Assembly: GCA_964355975.1 (NCBI GenBank)
Contig: CAYHFW010000007.1
Location: 27,165-91,164, forward strand
Direction of reading: 5' to 3'
DNA from: an uncultured Singulisphaera sp.
Lineage (GTDB): Bacteria > Planctomycetota > Phycisphaerae > Phycisphaerales > SM1A02
Length of the DNA: 64,000 nucleotides
Shown: positions 1-8,514 of the stretch, piece after piece
Numbering within the stretch: position 1 is the stretch's first letter
How the letters are laid out: each line of letters begins with the position of its first letter
The notes under the pieces: generated by a model
The model's database searches: none
The model's input: only the letters and a program-made list of their open reading frames with translations
What the model was told of the DNA's origin: nothing
Translations under genes and position numbers: made by a program

Positions 1-860
1 ACTCGGGTGCGAGATGCCGTCACGCGAGATCGCGCCGCAACGAGCTCAGGCAGAAGCCGAGCGCCCTCATCCTTCGTGAGTGGTGCCGCGATCGCCGCAT
101 CGATGGACTTCGTGATGGCGTCAACTTCTTCTTTGGTCCAGACTGGCCAGAACTCCGCTGGCAGTTGCGTGTTGCCATAAGAGGCAGATGTGTGCGCCAG
201 CGCGCCCAAAATCTGCGCAAAAACGAAAAGGTTTGGGATGTGGTCGCGTGTTTGGTATCTCGCGAGTTGTGCGATCGCCTCTTTAATTGGAAAGGGTCTG
301 CCAGCTCGCTTGCACTCGAGCACGCCGAACGGGATTCCATTGACAAAGAGCACGATGTCCAGCCGACATGTTTCGGACATGCCGGCGCGCTCGACGCTGA
401 ACTCGGGCACGAGATGGAAGACATTGTTCGAATGGCAATCGAAGTCGACGAACTTCAGCGGATGGCTGCGCTTGATGCCGTTCACCGTTTGCTCGACGCT
501 CGGCGCGAATCGCAGTTGCGTGTACTTCTTCTGGTTGGCATTGGCGAGACCCGCGCTATCGTCGATCTTGCAGAGCAGCTCAATCCCGGCATCGATTGCG
601 CCTTCACTGAAGGAGTGCGTTACGCCGCCCGCTTCGAATCTCGCGTGTGCGCGTAGCCACTCACGCGTGATGCCCTTGAGGATGACTTCGTCTCGTCGCT
701 CGGCGCGGTACGTGTCGGCTTCATGAGGAAGCAAGAGGTTCCACCCCAAACGCATGAGTAGGTGGATCGCTTGGATCTGGGAAGTGAGTGCTTCCTTGTA
801 TTCCGGTGGATTGGTCGCAGAGAGAGTTGGTGTTGCTGGCATTGTTGTGTCGGGTGTCAT
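1..860 (-). CDS. hsdR: Type I restriction enzyme R subunit (HsdR), N-terminal part; the gene runs off the left edge
   Basis: Hand translation of the minus strand from ATG (860-858) stays open to position 1. It is absent from the ORF track because there is no stop in the window. Sequence: MTPDTTMPATPTLSATNPPEYKEAL...RLDIVLFVNGIPFGVLECKRAGRPFPIKEAIAQLARYQTRDHIPNLFVFAQ. This is the PD-(D/E)xK nuclease signature of the HsdR N-terminal domain. It lies 29 nt downstream of hsdS. Confidence 0.85.
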   Translation of the reverse strand, partial: MTPDTTMPATPTLSATNPPEYKEALTSQIQAIHLLMRLGWNLLLPHEADTYRAERRDEVILKGITREWLRAHARFEAGGVTHSFSEGAIDAGIELLCKIDDSAGLANANQKKYTQLRFAPSVEQTVNGIKRSHPLKFVDFDCHSNNVFHLVPEFSVERAGMSETCRLDIVLFVNGIPFGVLECKRAGRPFPIKEAIAQLARYQTRDHIPNLFVFAQILGALAHTSASYGNTQLPAEFWPVWTKEEVDAITKSIDAAIAAPLTKDEGARLLPELVAARSRVTASRTR

Positions 861-889
861 TGTTGTGTGGGAGCACGATGCGAAGTGCA

Positions 890-2107
890 TCAGGCCGCCG
901 TTTCCTCCAGTGTGGGAATATCGATTTCGCCAGATAAAAGTTTTTCCATCAGGCCGCGACGTTGGGTGGCGAAGGCTTTGCGCTGAAGGTTTAGAAGACG
1001 AAGTTCAGACTCGATTGTGCACGAGAGCGACGTGATTCGGTCTTGTTCAGCAATCGATGGCAGTTGGAGTGTCGTTGCGGCGACTACATCCCAATCTGCG
1101 CGTGGCATCTTGGTCCCCGAAGTCGCATTCGCCGAACGCTGAATCGCGGGTGACTCGACCAGCAGCCTGAGGTAACCCGACGTGATTGCTGTCCGGCGCG
1201 CAACAAGCGCCCAGATTTCGGTGCTGCAGAAGCCAGCAAAGTCAATCAATGCAAACTTCTTGAGGTAGGGGCGAAGCTTGCCAAACAACACATCGCCAGG
1301 ATGGAATGTTGTCTTCAGGCTCACGGTGCTGCCGGCGGGCGCCCAACCCAGGAGTTCGCCTGTGCCCTGTTCAATGTGCTCAAGTTCGATACACCGAAGA
1401 TCGGGTACCTCGCTCGCAACAGCCTTCGAGTTTCTAAGCGACGCAACATCCCTCATGCGCACGGTCTTCCACGGCTCGGTGAAGCCGGGGAAACGCAGTT
1501 TGCCGGTGAGCAGTTGTTGCATCAGCCCGCGCTTCTGCTCACGCTTGGCGGCGATGAGGGCGTCGGTCTTGTGAAGCAAACTGCGGCTCGTTCGCATAAG
1601 GTCGCCCAGCCGGTTGCGATCACGCTGGTCCGCGGGGAGCAGAATTGGACAATCTCCAATGTCGGATGGTTTCAGGTTGTTGATCGTGGTAGTGCCCAGC
1701 AGCCGATCAATCCATCCGCGATACGCGCCTGACTCGAAAATTGCGGCGATGAGGTCTGGGGACTCTCCGTGACTCGGTCGAAAGCGTGCGCAAAACGCGC
1801 CGACTACGTACCCACTTGGTCCATCGATATCGATGAGCGCCGCCTTGCCAACGAGGGTGCGGCTGCCATTGGCAATACAGACCGCGATATCCCCGGTCGC
1901 GAGTCGCTGTCGATCAGGCGCGCAGGCTTCATCAATGACCTGCACGTCCTCAAGCGTGATAGAGCCGCCTTGGATGTTGGTCGCTCGAAGGAGTTGCACG
2001 GTGCGAGGTGCGCCGGTAGGGCGCAAGTCATGGGGAGATGTGTAGGTCACTCCACGCGAAATCTCGCCAATTTCGCTGAGGCGTAGCTTCGTGAAGTGGG
2101 GATTCAA
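890..2107 (-). CDS. hsdS: Type I restriction-modification specificity subunit (HsdS)
   Basis: 405-aa ORF with two variable target-recognition halves. Each half is followed by the conserved HsdS helices (REQKRGLMQQLLTGKLRFPGF and ATQRRGLMEKLLSGEIDI). The TTG start overlaps the hsdM stop (TTGA). Confidence 0.85.
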   Translation of the reverse strand: MNPHFTKLRLSEIGEISRGVTYTSPHDLRPTGAPRTVQLLRATNIQGGSITLEDVQVIDEACAPDRQRLATGDIAVCIANGSRTLVGKAALIDIDGPSGYVVGAFCARFRPSHGESPDLIAAIFESGAYRGWIDRLLGTTTINNLKPSDIGDCPILLPADQRDRNRLGDLMRTSRSLLHKTDALIAAKREQKRGLMQQLLTGKLRFPGFTEPWKTVRMRDVASLRNSKAVASEVPDLRCIELEHIEQGTGELLGWAPAGSTVSLKTTFHPGDVLFGKLRPYLKKFALIDFAGFCSTEIWALVARRTAITSGYLRLLVESPAIQRSANATSGTKMPRADWDVVAATTLQLPSIAEQDRITSLSCTIESELRLLNLQRKAFATQRRGLMEKLLSGEIDIPTLEETAA

Positions 2108-2859
2108 AGCCCCAACTCCTTCAGCGCTGCGCCCAGCTCTGCCCGCGTTGTCGCCAATTCACGATCAATGCGCTCAATCTCTGACTTCACAGCAACAAGA
2201 TCAACGGGCGCCTCTTTCTCAAAGGTGTCGACATACAGCGGGATGTTCAGATTGAAATTGTTGCCTGCGATTTCCTCGCGATTGGAGACATGCGCGTACT
2301 TAGGCACGCTCTTGCGCTGGCGGTACGTATCCAAAATCTTCGACATGTGATCCTGGGACAAGAAGTTCTGCGTCTTCCCCTCTTCAAAGTCGCGTGATGC
2401 GTCGATGAAAAGAATGTCTTCTGTCTTCTTCTCCTTGCGCAAAATGAAGAGCGCGGTCGGAATGCCCACGCCAAAGAACAAGTTGGCAGGAAGCCCGATG
2501 ACAGCATCGACGAGGTTGCGTTCGATGAACGCACGCCGAATGACCCCTTCGCTCGCACCGCGGAAGAGCACGCCCAGCGGCACAACAATTCCTGCACGAC
2601 CACCTTTCTCTTTCAGCGTAGCGACCATGTGCTGAATGAACGCGTACTCGCCGCGCGACTTCGGCGGCACTCCATCATTGAAGCGACCAAATGGATCGGC
2701 CTTGGCGATTTCTGCGCCCCACTTGTCAACGCCAAATGGTGGATTGGCTATCACCACATCAAACCTCATCAGCCCCTTCTCGTCCAGCAATCTCGGCGAC
2801 CGAATCGTGTCACCACGTTCGAAGAGCGCATCAACGACATGATCCAATCCAAACGTCAA
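2104..2859 (-). pseudogene. hsdM: Type I R-M methyltransferase (HsdM), C-terminal half only; 5'-truncated
   Basis: The 251-aa ORF starts just before catalytic motif IV (FDVVIANPPFGVDKWG) and carries the HsdM C-terminal helical tail. There is an in-frame TAG at 2869-2871. No AdoMet-binding motif I and no N-terminal domain appear in any frame upstream. Confidence 0.75.
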
Positions 2860-2973
2860 CTCGCCGACCTAACCGTGGGCATCGGTGAAAACTGGATCGG
2901 CAATCTGGGCAATAAGGAATTGCGCGACGTGTTCAGGCTATGTACATCCGGCGGATGTACAGGGTCGATGTAG
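2806..2973 (+). pseudogene. Relic of the extreme C-terminus of an SNF2-family helicase gene
   Basis: The plus-frame tail of ORF 2629-2973 reads (R)VTTFEERINDMIQSKRQLADLTVGIGENWIGNLGNKELRDVFRL, followed 10 codons later by a stop. It matches the characteristic C-terminal signature of bacterial SNF2 helicases (GT.EE.I....K..LA..V.G.GE.W...L...EL..LF.L). Sequence upstream of ~2806 in this frame is not helicase-like. Confidence 0.6.
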
Positions 2974-3015
2974 GTTGAAGTCGCATGGAGAATTGCACGA
3001 CCAACAACATGGGCG

Positions 3016-3822
3016 TTGCGGCGGGCTCCTTCGTGGGGTAGCCCCCCCAACGCCTTTTTTTGTGGGTGCCGCCTGCCACAGGTTCTCGAAAAGCCCGACA
3101 CGCGCTCTGCATCCTCCAGAAAGTTGGACCTCATCATCGCTGGTGTCTGTGGCTCGACACCAAGTGTGACTCTCGGAGCGGTTGTTCAGTATGTGAGTCC
3201 AGCGAGTTCACCGCAGTGGTTCGCAGCAGCGGGCCCTGAAGCGACCACCGTCGACTTCGAAACCTACGCTGGGCCGCTTGGGAATCAATATCTGGCCAGC
3301 CACGGCGTTGCGTTTTCTTCGCATCTCTATGGCGCGCCAGCGATCGTCTCTCAGGGGGTTCAAACCGTCCCCACGCAGCGGTGGGCGCGTTGGAGGCAGT
3401 GGGCAAATGATAATCCTCCTGACCTCGGGCTGAGCATGTCTTTCACGGACCCCCAGCGCGCGATCGCGTTGAACCATCCAGTTTGGGGTGGCTGCTGGAC
3501 CCCACCGGGATCAATTGGATTCACAGGACTCGAAGTCGAGTTTACGCTTGGTGGAATTGTGATCGGTGGATGGTCTCAAGACTCATACTGGGGCCAAACG
3601 CAGACACTTTACACAGATACATTCCTCGGACTCACAAGTGACCAAGAGTTTGATGGGGCGCGAATCTGGTGGAATCAACCAACTGACACACCCCAATACT
3701 GGTCCGACGCTGCGTTCACTGACCTCTATTTTTCGACGGTGCCAGCACCATCTGCTCTCGCCGTGTTTGTGGCGTTGGGCATTCTGCGACACCGCAGGCG
3801 ACTCTGTTCGTCGAATCCCTGA
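3016..3822 (+). CDS. PEP-CTERM sorting-domain protein (start codon uncertain)
   Basis: The C-terminus ...LYFSTVPAPSALAVFVALGILRHRRR has PEP-CTERM architecture: a (V)P(E/A)P motif, a hydrophobic helix and an Arg cluster. The body has no recognisable family. The true start is probably internal to the listed ORF. Confidence 0.5.
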   Translation: MRRAPSWGSPPNAFFCGCRLPQVLEKPDTRSASSRKLDLIIAGVCGSTPSVTLGAVVQYVSPASSPQWFAAAGPEATTVDFETYAGPLGNQYLASHGVAFSSHLYGAPAIVSQGVQTVPTQRWARWRQWANDNPPDLGLSMSFTDPQRAIALNHPVWGGCWTPPGSIGFTGLEVEFTLGGIVIGGWSQDSYWGQTQTLYTDTFLGLTSDQEFDGARIWWNQPTDTPQYWSDAAFTDLYFSTVPAPSALAVFVALGILRHRRRLCSSNP

Positions 3823-3993
3823 ATCGTGGTGTGCCACCGTTGGCGTAGCGATCCCAATCGCCGACGAATGCGCCGCTGCCGTAGGCAACGTTGTCCATCG
3901 ATGGGATGTAACCAGACACTCCGATAGGCATGTGAAAGTTTGTGCTGCCGCCGAGGCTGGCTCACTTGCCGCGACTTCACGAATCCATGGGCG

Positions 3994-4056
3994 CGCACAC
4001 ACTGACCGACTTGGCGGTGGAATTGCGCCCGCTTGAGGGCACTTTCTCACCGCGAA
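3994..4056 (+). repeat. Copy A of a ~65-bp dispersed intergenic repeat (copy B at 41496-41563)
   Basis: Ungapped hand alignment of 4010-4056 against 41517-41563 gives 38/47 identical positions. The core is tgagggc(a/g)ctttctcaccgc(g/c)aa (21/23). Similarity continues further 5' with one indel. Confidence 0.55.
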
Positions 4057-4082
4057 CATGGCGGAGTGCGCACATCCCTCGT

Positions 4083-4127
4083 GAATTGGGCAACCAGTGT
4101 CGTTTTTCGACACTTACCGCCCAATTC
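4083..4127 (+). promoter_or_regulatory. Two-tier stem-loop in the argS 5' leader
   Basis: The outer stem gaattgggc (4083-4091) pairs with gcccaattc (4119-4127). It encloses an inner hairpin agtgtcg-ttttt-cgacact (4096-4114). The structure sits 50 nt upstream of the argS ATG. Confidence 0.4.
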
Positions 4128-4176
4128 AAGAGAGAAAAGCAGAATCGTCGCACCTCTCTACGATCGCGCTTTCACA

Positions 4177-6054
4177 ATGTCGCAACACTACGCGCGTACC
4201 TCTCGCCCCAACGACCTCGCATCGCGTCTCGATACAGGATTGCGCGCCGCAATCGTGACGGCGCTCGCCAGTTCAATCGGTGACGTGGCTGCAAAGGTCG
4301 ATCCGCTCATCAAGAGTGCTGCGAACCCAAAGTTTGGTGACTTTCAAGCGAACTTCGCGATGGCGCTCGCAAAGTCGCTCGGCAAGAATCCGCGCGAGGT
4401 TGCGCAGGCGGTGATCAACGCCGCTCCACAATCTCTGCGCGATCTCTGCGAACCATTCGAGATTGCAGGACCAGGCTTCGTCAATGTTCGCCTGCGCCCT
4501 GAAGCACTTGCCGCTGCTCTCACGGCGATGGACAGTCCGGCATTGGGAGTCTCGAACGCCAACAACTCGCACACCGTTGCCGTCGACCTCTGCGGAGTCA
4601 ACGTCGCAAAGCAAATGCACGTCGGACATCTGCGCGCAACAATCATCGGCGACACGATCGCGCGACTGTTCGAGCGACTCGGATGGAAAGTGCACAGACA
4701 AAATCATCTCGGCGATTGGGGACTGCCGATCGCGATGACACTCGCCGCTCTTCGCCGCGCAAAGGTCGACATCGCACGCGTCACACTCGACGACCTCAAC
4801 ACGGCCTACCGCAACGCGCAGGCGCAGGGACGCGACGACGCGCCCGGACTCGCCGCCGCACATGCGACTGGCGCTGGACCCCACCGCGTCGCTGAACTTG
4901 AAGCGCAGCACGAGGGTGCCGCCGCTGCTCTCGCCGACGCGCATGACACACTTCGACGATTGCAATCAGGCGACGCTGCTGTGGTCGCGGACTGGCAGAA
5001 ACTCATCGACGTGACGATGCGCGAGGTGTACGAGACTGCGCAACTGCTGGGCGTTGATCTCAAAGACGAGCACAATCGCGGCGAGAGTTTCTTTCGCGAC
5101 CGCCTCGCTCCGACAGTCGATGCGTTTGTCACGGCGAATCTCGCAGTGCGCGATGCGGGCGCTCTCATCGTGCGGTTCGAGGGCAGAGAGCGTCCTCTGC
5201 TGATTCAGAAATCGGATGGCACATCGCTCTACGCGACCACCGACCTCGCAGCTGCGCGGTATCGCATTCAAGATCTTGGCGCTGAGCTCGTCGTCTACTG
5301 CGTTGATGCACGGCAACGCGACCACTTCAAAGATGTCTTCGACGCAGTTGCGCTCATTGGATGGACCAAGCGCAGCGGCGGCGATGATGCAGCGCTCGTG
5401 CATGTTCCGTTTGGCGCGGTGCTTGGCGCAGACAAGCGACCGCTCAAGACGCGCAGTGGCGAAAACTTCACGCTCAAAGCACTGCTCGACGAAGCGATCG
5501 CGCGCGGACGCCGCGAAGTGCATGCGCGAGCCGCGGTGGCCGACTCTCCCACCGCTTCACTCTCACACGCTGAACTTGACGCGATCGGACAAGCCGTCGG
5601 CGTTGCCGCGATCAAATACGCCGATCTTTCGAGCGATGTCGGCCGCGACTATGTTTTCGATCTCGACCGAATGGTCTCATTCGAAGGTGACACCGGACCC
5701 TACGCGCAGTACGCGCACGCGCGCATCGCTGGCATTCTCGCCAAGGCTGCGGCACTCGGCGCAACGTCAGGCGCAATCGTGATCACAACGGCAGAAGAGC
5801 GCGCACTCGCACTGAATCTGCTGCGCTACGGCAGTGCGATCGAAGATGCTGCAGTGCAACTCGCCCCCAACCGTATCGCCGCGTTCATCTTCGAACTCGC
5901 AAACACCTTCAATGCCTTCTATCAAGCCTGCCCCGTGCTGCGCGGCGGCGATGAGTCGACGCGCGCATCACGATTGCACCTCTGCGACCTCACGCGGCGC
6001 GTCCTTGCTGATGCACTCTCAATCATGGCGATCGTCGCCCCACCAAGGATGTGA
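4177..6054 (+). CDS. argS: Arginine--tRNA ligase
   Basis: Class I HIGH-type motif (HVGHLRATIIGD), DALR anticodon-binding C-terminal domain, and the typical ...PPRM C-terminus. Start placed at the ATG at 4177 (MSQHYARTS...). The 48-aa upstream extension of the listed ORF is not ArgRS-like. Confidence 0.95.
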   Translation: MSQHYARTSRPNDLASRLDTGLRAAIVTALASSIGDVAAKVDPLIKSAANPKFGDFQANFAMALAKSLGKNPREVAQAVINAAPQSLRDLCEPFEIAGPGFVNVRLRPEALAAALTAMDSPALGVSNANNSHTVAVDLCGVNVAKQMHVGHLRATIIGDTIARLFERLGWKVHRQNHLGDWGLPIAMTLAALRRAKVDIARVTLDDLNTAYRNAQAQGRDDAPGLAAAHATGAGPHRVAELEAQHEGAAAALADAHDTLRRLQSGDAAVVADWQKLIDVTMREVYETAQLLGVDLKDEHNRGESFFRDRLAPTVDAFVTANLAVRDAGALIVRFEGRERPLLIQKSDGTSLYATTDLAAARYRIQDLGAELVVYCVDARQRDHFKDVFDAVALIGWTKRSGGDDAALVHVPFGAVLGADKRPLKTRSGENFTLKALLDEAIARGRREVHARAAVADSPTASLSHAELDAIGQAVGVAAIKYADLSSDVGRDYVFDLDRMVSFEGDTGPYAQYAHARIAGILAKAAALGATSGAIVITTAEERALALNLLRYGSAIEDAAVQLAPNRIAAFIFELANTFNAFYQACPVLRGGDESTRASRLHLCDLTRRVLADALSIMAIVAPPRM

Positions 6055-6057
6055 ACA

Positions 6058-6705
6058 ATGACAACAATGACAAGTTTGAGCGCGAATCTTCACATCTTTG
6101 ACCATCCGCTGATTCATCACAAGCTCTCCTACATTCGAGATCGTCACACCAACACGCGCGACTTTCGCCGACTGCTGTCGGAGATCGCCACACTGATGAC
6201 ATTCGAAGTTTGCCGCGAGTTCGCGACGATTGATGCAGAGGTTGAGACGCCGCTCGAGCGCACGCATGTTCGCCGACTCGCTGCGCCAATCACGCTTGTG
6301 CCAGTGCTGCGCGCAGGTCTTGGCATGACACGCGGAGTGCTCGAAATGCTTCCTGAGGCGCGCGTGGGCCACATCGGTATTCGCCGCGACGAATCGACTG
6401 CGCTTCCGATTGGCTACTACACAAAGTTGCCCGCAGACATTGCGGCGGGCCCAGTGATTCTGGTTGATCCGATGCTCGCGACGGGCGGCTCATGCGTGCA
6501 CGCAGTCACGCTCTTGCGCGAAGCTGGATGCAATGACATTCGAGTCGTCTGCCTCGTTGCCGCGCCCGAGGGGGTCGCGCGACTCGCGAGCGCGCATCCA
6601 ACTGTGCGCATCTACGCCGCGGCACTCGACCGCGAACTCGATGAAAACAAATACATCCGCCCTGGACTCGGTGACGCGGGCGACCGTTGCTACGGAACGG
6701 GTTGA
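6058..6705 (+). CDS. upp: Uracil phosphoribosyltransferase
   Basis: HPLIHHKLSYIRD, VLRAGLGM, PRPP loop VDPMLATGGS and C-terminal YIRPGLGDAGDRCYGT. Starts 3 nt after argS. Confidence 0.95.
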   Translation: MTTMTSLSANLHIFDHPLIHHKLSYIRDRHTNTRDFRRLLSEIATLMTFEVCREFATIDAEVETPLERTHVRRLAAPITLVPVLRAGLGMTRGVLEMLPEARVGHIGIRRDESTALPIGYYTKLPADIAAGPVILVDPMLATGGSCVHAVTLLREAGCNDIRVVCLVAAPEGVARLASAHPTVRIYAAALDRELDENKYIRPGLGDAGDRCYGTG

Positions 6706-6750
6706 CCGACGCGCGGCGCACACGCGCCTTTCGCACGCGCCACCCGCTGC

Positions 6751-7317
6751 TCAAGCATCTTTCTGCCATGCGACATCTGCGACACCGCGCGCAAGATTTG
6801 CGCGCCGCGACATCGCGAAGAACAGATCGCTGAGTCGATTGAGATACTGGATCGTCTCACCACCGAGTGGTTCGCTCTCGTTGAATGCAACCAACAATCT
6901 CTCGGCGCGCCGGCAAATCGTGCGAGCAACGTGCAAGTGTGCCGCGAGTGTCGTGCCGCCTGGCAAGACGAAGACTCGAATTGGCTCATTGGCGCCATCC
7001 ATTTCATCGATGAATGCCTCAGCTTCTGCAACATGTCGCGCAGCAATTCGCGCCACGCGTGTCTCGGTCGAAGATCCAGCGGGGGTCGCGAGGTCAGCGC
7101 CGAGATCAAAGAGTCGCGACTGCAAGCGAATCAAGATTTCGCGCATGCGCTTCTCAACCGCGTTCTCGCTCGCGCATGCAACGACACACATTCCGAGCCA
7201 CGCGTTCAACTCGTCGACTGTTCCATACACCTCAATGCGTGGATGATGCTTCATCACACGACCACCGCCGTAGAGTCCGGTCGATCCATCATCGCCTGTC
7301 TTGGTGTAGAGCTTCAT
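6751..7317 (-). CDS. PduO-type ATP:cob(I)alamin adenosyltransferase
   Basis: MKLYTKTGDDGSTGLYGGGRV...IEVYGTVDELNAWLG...FVLPGG...HLHVARTICRRAER, the PduO-type signature. The ATG at 7317 overlaps the upstream gene's stop (ATGA). Confidence 0.9.
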   Translation of the reverse strand: MKLYTKTGDDGSTGLYGGGRVMKHHPRIEVYGTVDELNAWLGMCVVACASENAVEKRMREILIRLQSRLFDLGADLATPAGSSTETRVARIAARHVAEAEAFIDEMDGANEPIRVFVLPGGTTLAAHLHVARTICRRAERLLVAFNESEPLGGETIQYLNRLSDLFFAMSRRANLARGVADVAWQKDA

Positions 7318-8249
7318 GCTGACTTTCCTTCTTCGTTGTGCATGACGAATTCTGGCGCAACTGTTCGAACGCCGTGCGCGTCGGCGACGGCAATGACGAA
7401 TCCTTTGCGCAGTGCGGCTGCGCTGAATGTGCCGTCCTTCGAAAGAACGATCACGCCAATCTGTTGATCGCTCGTGGTGTGAAATCGCCGCTCGATGCGT
7501 GCGAGCACTTCGCGCGCAGCCTCGATCGGCGTCGCACCTCGCCGCATGCACTCGACGGCGAGAAACGATCCACTCACTCCCATGATGAGTTCGCCGTTGC
7601 CAGTCGCAACGGCGCCGCCAACTTCAGGATCAACATAGAGGCCGTGCCCTGGGATCGGCGAATCGCCAACACGTCCGACCATCTTGTACGGAAGGCCGCT
7701 CGTTGAACACGCGCCGGCCATCACTCCCGCCCTGTCGATCGCCAAGACTCCAATGGTGTCGTGCGGAACATGAATCTCGCCCAGCGCGTTCGTCGCAGCA
7801 ACGGGAGCAGCTCCGACGACCTCGCCGCTGCGCCACTTGCGCCATGCCTCGCGTGCATCTGCTGAGAGAAGATCGTTCGGTTCGCGGGGGGCAATCCCTG
7901 AAGCGTCTGCAAAAGAATCCGCCCCAGGGCCGGCGAGCATCACATGCTTGGTTCGCTCCATAACCAGCCGAGCCATCTGCGTCACATCGAGGTGTCGAGT
8001 CACGGCGCAGACCGCCCCGCACCGCTCGGGCGCCAACATCACGCAAGCGTCAAGGCTCATCGCCCCAGAAGCATCTGGAATTCCTCCAAAACCGACTGAA
8101 TCTACTGTCGGATCGCCTTCGGCCTCACGCGCAGCGGCGCAAACTGCGTCGAGCGCCGACCCCCCGCCGACGAGTGCCGGCCACGCCCCCGTGCACCCTC
8201 GGGCGGAAAAACTCCAAGTCGCCAACATCACTGGTTGAGTCGTTGCCAT
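7314..8249 (-). CDS. Ntn-hydrolase, isoaspartyl peptidase / L-asparaginase family
   Basis: HDTIGVLAIDRAGVMAGACSTSGLPYKMVGRVGDSPIPGHGLYVD...AVATGNGELIM, which includes the autoprocessing Thr context. Start chosen at MATTQPVML (8249). Confidence 0.85.
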   Translation of the reverse strand: MATTQPVMLATWSFSARGCTGAWPALVGGGSALDAVCAAAREAEGDPTVDSVGFGGIPDASGAMSLDACVMLAPERCGAVCAVTRHLDVTQMARLVMERTKHVMLAGPGADSFADASGIAPREPNDLLSADAREAWRKWRSGEVVGAAPVAATNALGEIHVPHDTIGVLAIDRAGVMAGACSTSGLPYKMVGRVGDSPIPGHGLYVDPEVGGAVATGNGELIMGVSGSFLAVECMRRGATPIEAAREVLARIERRFHTTSDQQIGVIVLSKDGTFSAAALRKGFVIAVADAHGVRTVAPEFVMHNEEGKSA

Positions 8250-8370
8250 AAATCGGTTGGAGGGTAGCCAATCGACCGCGCGCGCTCGAGAAACCCAACG
8301 CAAAAAGATCAGAACTGCGCTGCCACCCCCCCAGAGAGTGCGTATCTCTTACTGCTGAGAAGCAAATTGC

Positions 8371-8400
8371 TTGCAAGCCTGCCGATTGTTTGAGTAGTAT
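8371..8400 (+). promoter_or_regulatory. Candidate sigma70-like promoter for the 8515 prepilin-type gene
   Basis: TTGCAA (8371-8376), 18 nt spacer, TAGTAT (8395-8400), in the most AT-rich stretch of this intergenic region. A weak match. Confidence 0.25.
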
Positions 8401-8514
8401 TCAGAATCAGGTTCTTGGGGGTATTCGTTCAGGTTCGTTCAGGTTGGTTCAGCGTTTGAGATCGTTTTCAGATCACCAGTTTTCACACGACAGTTCTCCC
8501 AAGGTCACCCCACT

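Noticed and set aside
3716-3931. 71-aa minus-strand ORF (MPIGVSGYIPSMDNVAYGSGAFVGDWDRYANGG...) that looks vaguely protein-like
   Set aside because: It overlaps the 3' end of the PEP-CTERM gene and has no start context or recognisable family. It cannot be supported from sequence alone.
4033-4176. 48-codon N-terminal extension of argS in the ORF track
   Set aside because: The extension is not ArgRS-like and covers the dispersed repeat and the leader hairpin. The ATG at 4177 gives a normal N-terminus.
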